DNA of 64,000 nt, taken from positions 2,480,001 to 2,544,000 of the forward strand of contig NC_047074.1 in assembly GCF_902459465.1 (NCBI RefSeq), in the 5' to 3' direction. This stretch comes from Asterias rubens (Eukaryota). Below the pieces are notes generated by a model. The model saw only the letters and a program-made list of their open reading frames with translations. It had not been told where the DNA came from and ran no database searches. Position numbers and translations under genes: made by a program. This document shows, in pieces, positions 59,429 through 64,000 of this stretch. Each line of letters begins with the position of its first letter. The stretch's first letter is position 1.

Positions 59429-59810
59429 AGGCAGTGGACACTATTGGTAATTACTCAAAATAATTATTAGCATAAAACCTTACTTGGTAACGAATAACGG
59501 GGAGAGGTTGATAGTATAAAACATTGTGAGAAACGGCACCCTCTGAAGTACGTAGTTTTTGAGAAAGAAGTAATTTTCCACGTAATTGATTTCGAGACCT
59601 CAGAATTAGATTTTGAGGTCCTGAAATCAAGCATCTAAAAACACACAAATTCGTGCGACAAGGTTGTTTTTTTCTTCCATACCATTATTATCTCACAACT
59701 TCGATAACCATTTGAATTCGAATTTTCACAGGTTTGTTTTCTTGTGCATATGTTGAGATACTCAAAGTGAGAAGACTGGTCTTAACAATTACCAATAGTG
59801 TCCAGTGTCT
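59429..59810. mobile_element. MITE family A
   Basis: AGGCAGTGGACACTATTGGTAATT ... AATTACCAATAGTGTCCAGTGTCT|TTAA. Confidence 0.88.
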
Positions 59811-61244
59811 TTAAGGTCACCATAGGCATCTTAAACAATGAGCACCTGGTTTTGTGAATTGACCGTTCAACAAGTCGACAACAACAAACTTTATTTTTCA
59901 ACAGAGGCATGATATTTGGCCCTTGAACAAAAGTAGGAAAATTTTTAGTGAGAAAAACAGTCGACCTTAACATAGAACCCTTGACATCCCGCCATGAACT
60001 TACAGCCAGCGCCTTTCCTATCTGCCATTTTGGGAGTCAGAATGTATACAAAGGAATTGATCCCCAAAATGGTGGAAATGGTAGATGGGAAATTTGCAGA
60101 GGTGGACTCTGCGTTGTGTACAATGGGTTTATAAGTTTTGATATGTATTTCAGGCTGTTCAACAACAGCTTCCCTGATTTTTCTGAGGGCAAACAAAAAT
60201 GTTGAATTTATAAAGGGGGAGGAGTATGATGCATGAGAATATGACTAGAGATTTGAGACAGATCAATGGAAAATAACAATTTGGACGGATGAAATGTTCA
60301 TAAATTTAGATTACTGCAAACATCATTAAAGAAGTTTTTGGTTGTAAATAATGCTATGAAATTTTGTCAGTTTTTCGTCGGTTCACAATTTTTATTTTTT
60401 ATTTCACCACTGGTGAACTTACTCTAAATATTTGCCTCCATAAAATATTCGAAATAAATGTCCTAAAATAAACACATTTTAGAATGATTTCAACTCAAGA
60501 TTTAGAAAATAAACGTGCAGTATATTTGACTGCCTGAGGGTACTATGAACCAAGTTTACTTGGCGCAAAAGAAAAGGGAAAATAACTGCTTTCATTGCTG
60601 TTATTTGGTTGTTATTTTGCCGTCTGGCATTGTTGCAAGAAAATAACATATATGCGCAATCAAATTTTAAAAAAACTGTATTTGTGCTGGAGGAAATTTG
60701 CCCTTGAAAGCGCCCCCATGCAGTCAAAAATATTTCTCCGTATTTTTAAATCAATATACATGTTTACTTTGTCCTGCCTCTCTGTATCAAGTATCTTACA
60801 GTATGTAATCAGGAAAACAATAAAAAATAGTAACGTAAAAGGGAACAAGACGTAAAATTTAGCACATTGGAAAGTATTTATCAATAGAATTGACAGAAGA
60901 AAAAAAATCTTCCTTTTTTTGTTAGACTACACGTAGCAAAGAATATTACATCTTTAAAATGCTAAACTAAAACAGAGCTGTAAAGTTAGAAGAAATAAAC
61001 TAAATCATTTCTTTGGAATGGTTAAACTGAAACATTGCACAAGAGACTATTATCATTGAGTAGCCCACAATTTCTATAATTCAAAAATCAAAGTAACAAC
61101 ACTACCAATAATAGCAAAGACAAGGAGCAATGCAGATACTATGTAAGTTATTGTTTGTCTTTCATAAGTAATTTGAATAGCATTTAAACTTCTGTCATTT
61201 GTTATTTCGATTGATCCCCCTTTGTTCATAATATTTTAATGTAT

Positions 61245-61610
61245 ATCTTATGAGTTGTGTGTACACTCGGACAGTTTTCGCAAATACTGGATCAGTTTTG
61301 TAAAATGTTTGTTAAGATTTGTAAATACTTGAAATGTTTTGTGAATACATGAAATGTTTGAGTACTTGATAGAATTTGTGAATGTTTGATAAGGTTTGCG
61401 AATAGGGGCCCTACTTGATAAGTTTTGTGAGTACTCGAAATGTTTTGTGAATGCAGATTGAGTTTTGTGAATACTCAAAAAGTTGAACACATATGAATGC
61501 AAGATTAGTTTTGTTAATACTTGAACAGTTTTGTGAATATTTAAACAAAATTATGAATACTGAATATGTATTGTGAATACTTTTATCAGTTTTTGTGAAT
61601 ACTTCATGGA
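61245..61610. repeat. Degenerate minisatellite (TTTTGTGAATACT core)
   Basis: Recurrent GTTTTGTGAATAC every ~20-30 bp. Confidence 0.7.
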
Positions 61611-61823
61611 CGAAGAAATAGACAAAGCTGCACAACTTCCTTGAATAAAAAAAATGGAACCCCAACCTTCACTTTGACAGCACTTGTGTGTGGTGAACAG
61701 GACCACACAGCCCTGACAATCCACAGTGAAGTCAAAGCGGGACTAAAAGTGCAATAATAGTATGATACCTTGTGGGTATGATGAGAAACGGTATTTGTTA
61801 CTGCTATTGCACAAAAGGATCAG

Positions 61824-62110
61824 GGGTCGATTCACAAAGAGTTAAAACTAGTCCTATCTTGACTTAGGACGAGTTACTTGTCCTAACTTAGGACTCGCCA
61901 TACATTTTTAGTATCCCCTAGGACTAGTACTAACTTAGGACTCGCCATACGTTTTTAGTATCCCCTAGGACTAGTACTAACTTAGGACAAGCCATACGTT
62001 TTTAGTATCCCCTAGGAATAGTACTAACTTAGGACAAGCCATATGTTTTTAGTATCCCCTAGGACTAGTACTAACTTAGGACAAGCCCTAACTCTTTTTG
62101 AAATTGACCC
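61824..62110. mobile_element. PIF/Harbinger-like MITE with CAG TSD and internal ~46-bp tandem repeats
   Basis: CAG|GGGTCGATTCACAAAGAG ... TTGAAATTGACCC|CAG; internal TTTTTAGTATCCCCTAGGACTAGTACTAACTTAGGAC repeated about 4 times. Confidence 0.8.
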
Positions 62111-62139
62111 CAGGTCAAAGATGGCAGGTTGCTGGCGGT

Positions 62140-63999
62140 CTATTTCTCGGACTGCTCTTGCTGGTCATCTGAAAGAGTTTGAATATGTGAGGCAGGTATC
62201 CCACTCTTTGAATTTCCCTTGCTGAATACTTTTGTTGCCCAAACTTGCTTTGAGAAGCGTTTGAGGGGGCCTGGATGTTTGGAATCCACCTCACATTCAC
62301 CAACAGAAGCCCCTTGGACACCGAACCTCAAGGTGTCTTTTGGTGGTCGCAAAACAAGTGGGTCTTCTGTGTGGCCGTTTACTTTAACAGCGCCAACCAC
62401 TTCTCCCTCGGAAGTCTGTCCAGGTTTTTCTGTAGTTTGCTTTGAGGCAAGTGGATCTGACTGGCCCTCTTCAGTGGCTCTCTCGACCAGCACTTTCTCG
62501 CCAGACTGCCCGTGGTTAGGAACAGTATTCCTATCCTTATGATTTCCCCAGCCAAACATTTTTGTGGCAGAAATCTTCCCTCGAAGGCTTGAGCGAGTTT
62601 TTGGAATAGCCTGACTTTGAGAATCAAGATTTTCTCTACCAGGAACCTCCTCCGCTTCTGAAATTTGCGGTGCAGTTTGAGGACCTCTGTCTTTCCTGAT
62701 ATTGACTGTACCGACCACTTCTCCCTTGACAGCCTGCTCTTGTTTGTCTGTAGTTGGCTTTGAGGTTAGTGTATCTATCTGGCTCTCTACATTGCCTTTA
62801 TCAACATCCACTTTCTCACCAGTCTGCCCATGGTTAGGAGCATTCCTATCCTTAGAATGTACCCATCCAAACACTTTTGTACCAGAAATCTTCCCTCGAA
62901 GGCTTGAGCGAGTCTTCGTGAACGCCTGACTAGGGGAATCAATTTCAGGAACTTCCTGCTCTGATTCTGAATTTTGTTGTAAAGTTTGAGGGCCTCTGTC
63001 GATGTCAATACTGACTGTACCAGCCACCTCTTGCTTGAAAGTCTGTTCTGCCTTGTCTGTAGTAGGGTTCGAGTCAAGTGTATCTGTCTCAACAACTACG
63101 TTCTCTCCAGTTTGCCTATGTTTGGAAACAGTATTCTTACCCTCATGATTTCCCCAAACGAACATTTTTGTCAACAAAATCTTCCCTCGAAGGCTAGTGC
63201 GAGTCTTTGGGGATGCCCGACTCAGAGAATCATTTCCATCTCTAACAGGAACCTCTTCCGATTCTAAACTATTCTGTGAAGTTTGAGGACCTCTGTTGGT
63301 CTCAATATTGACTGTACCGACCACTTTACCCTCAACAGTCTGCCCTGGTTTGGCTGTAGTTGACTTTGAGTCAAGTGGATCTGTCTCCCCCTTAACATCA
63401 CCATTATCAACAACTACTTTTTCTCCAGTTTGCCCATGATTAGCTGTCTCAACCATAACTCTCTCGCCAGCTTGCTCATCTCTAGAAACAGTTGTTTTAC
63501 CTTTTGGATTTACCCAACCAAACATTTTTGTTGCAGATATCTTGCCTGGAAGACTTGTGAGAGCCTTTTTGAGTGTTTGTCGTTTAGAATCCAGCTCATC
63601 TCTACCTGAACTTTCCTCCTCCACAATCTGCCCAGGGTTGTCAAAAACATGCTGCGAGGTCTGAGGAATTCCGTGGGTCTCAACATTACCTGCTTGAATG
63701 TCTTTTCCCTTGTCGGTCTTCCCTTGTTCATCTGCAAGAGTTTGCATGGCAAGAAGGTCCCCTGTCGGGTTCTGAACAACTCCTGAACCATCTACTCCCT
63801 TCTCGTCAGTCAACTCTTGACTTGCAAGGTTCGGAGAAGCTTTTCGACCTTGAGAACTTACCCACCCAACCATTCTTGTCGAAGAAACCCATCCTGCCAG
63901 ACCTTTGTGAGTCTTTCCAAGCGTCTGATGTTCAGAATCAAGGTCAACCGACTGTCCTGTTTGGTTTGCAAGTTGCTTTGAGGTTGGTGAATCTGTGTG
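62140..63999 (-). CDS. Large low-complexity coding exon with ~100-aa internal repeats; open to the window edge
   Basis: The frame stays open upstream of the ATG at 63873 to position 63999 (about 620 codons). Repeats of SLRGKISATKMFGW...HGQTGEKV...VVGTVNI...GPQT. Product unknown. Confidence 0.8.
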   Translation of the reverse strand, partial: HTDSPTSKQLANQTGQSVDLDSEHQTLGKTHKGLAGWVSSTRMVGWVSSQGRKASPNLASQELTDEKGVDGSGVVQNPTGDLLAMQTLADEQGKTDKGKDIQAGNVETHGIPQTSQHVFDNPGQIVEEESSGRDELDSKRQTLKKALTSLPGKISATKMFGWVNPKGKTTVSRDEQAGERVMVETANHGQTGEKVVVDNGDVKGETDPLDSKSTTAKPGQTVEGKVVGTVNIETNRGPQTSQNSLESEEVPVRDGNDSLSRASPKTRTSLRGKILLTKMFVWGNHEGKNTVSKHRQTGENVVVETDTLDSNPTTDKAEQTFKQEVAGTVSIDIDRGPQTLQQNSESEQEVPEIDSPSQAFTKTRSSLRGKISGTKVFGWVHSKDRNAPNHGQTGEKVDVDKGNVESQIDTLTSKPTTDKQEQAVKGEVVGTVNIRKDRGPQTAPQISEAEEVPGRENLDSQSQAIPKTRSSLRGKISATKMFGWGNHKDRNTVPNHGQSGEKVLVERATEEGQSDPLASKQTTEKPGQTSEGEVVGAVKVNGHTEDPLVLRPPKDTLRFGVQGASVGECEVDSKHPGPLKRFSKQVWATKVFSKGNSKSGIPASHIQTLSDDQQEQSEK

Positions 64000-64000
64000 A

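Overview
Eukaryotic animal genomic DNA: AT-rich, with spliceosomal introns and many short non-autonomous transposons. The gene set and repeat types fit an invertebrate deuterostome, plausibly an echinoderm (inference, low certainty). Genes read by hand-splicing: first coding exon of ACSL3/4 (-), WDR73 (+, 7 exons), an intronless TSSK-like kinase (+), ANKRD39 (+, with a GC-AG intron), an ankyrin-repeat/SOCS-box gene (-), three intronless ASIC-clade DEG/ENaC paralogs (+,-,+), BRCC3 (-, with a U12 AT-AC intron), COMMD2 (+), exons of an unidentified gene (-), and a large repeat-rich exon running off the right edge (-). The most unusual items are: (1) the BRCC3 catalytic JAMM exon is tandemly duplicated, each copy having a U12 acceptor and a U2 donor, so the copies should be mutually exclusive (a false haplotype duplication is not excluded); (2) a ~5 kb array of palindromic ~48-bp units enclosed by 407-bp, ~99% identical inverted repeats with tRNA-like Pol III modules, inside a larger and older symmetric block; (3) a mosaic, diversifying DEG/ENaC cluster, with an HG-to-HA change in one copy and a start-codon swap in another; (4) several minimal type-I hammerhead ribozyme motifs. 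All family assignments come from remembered motifs. No database searches were run.
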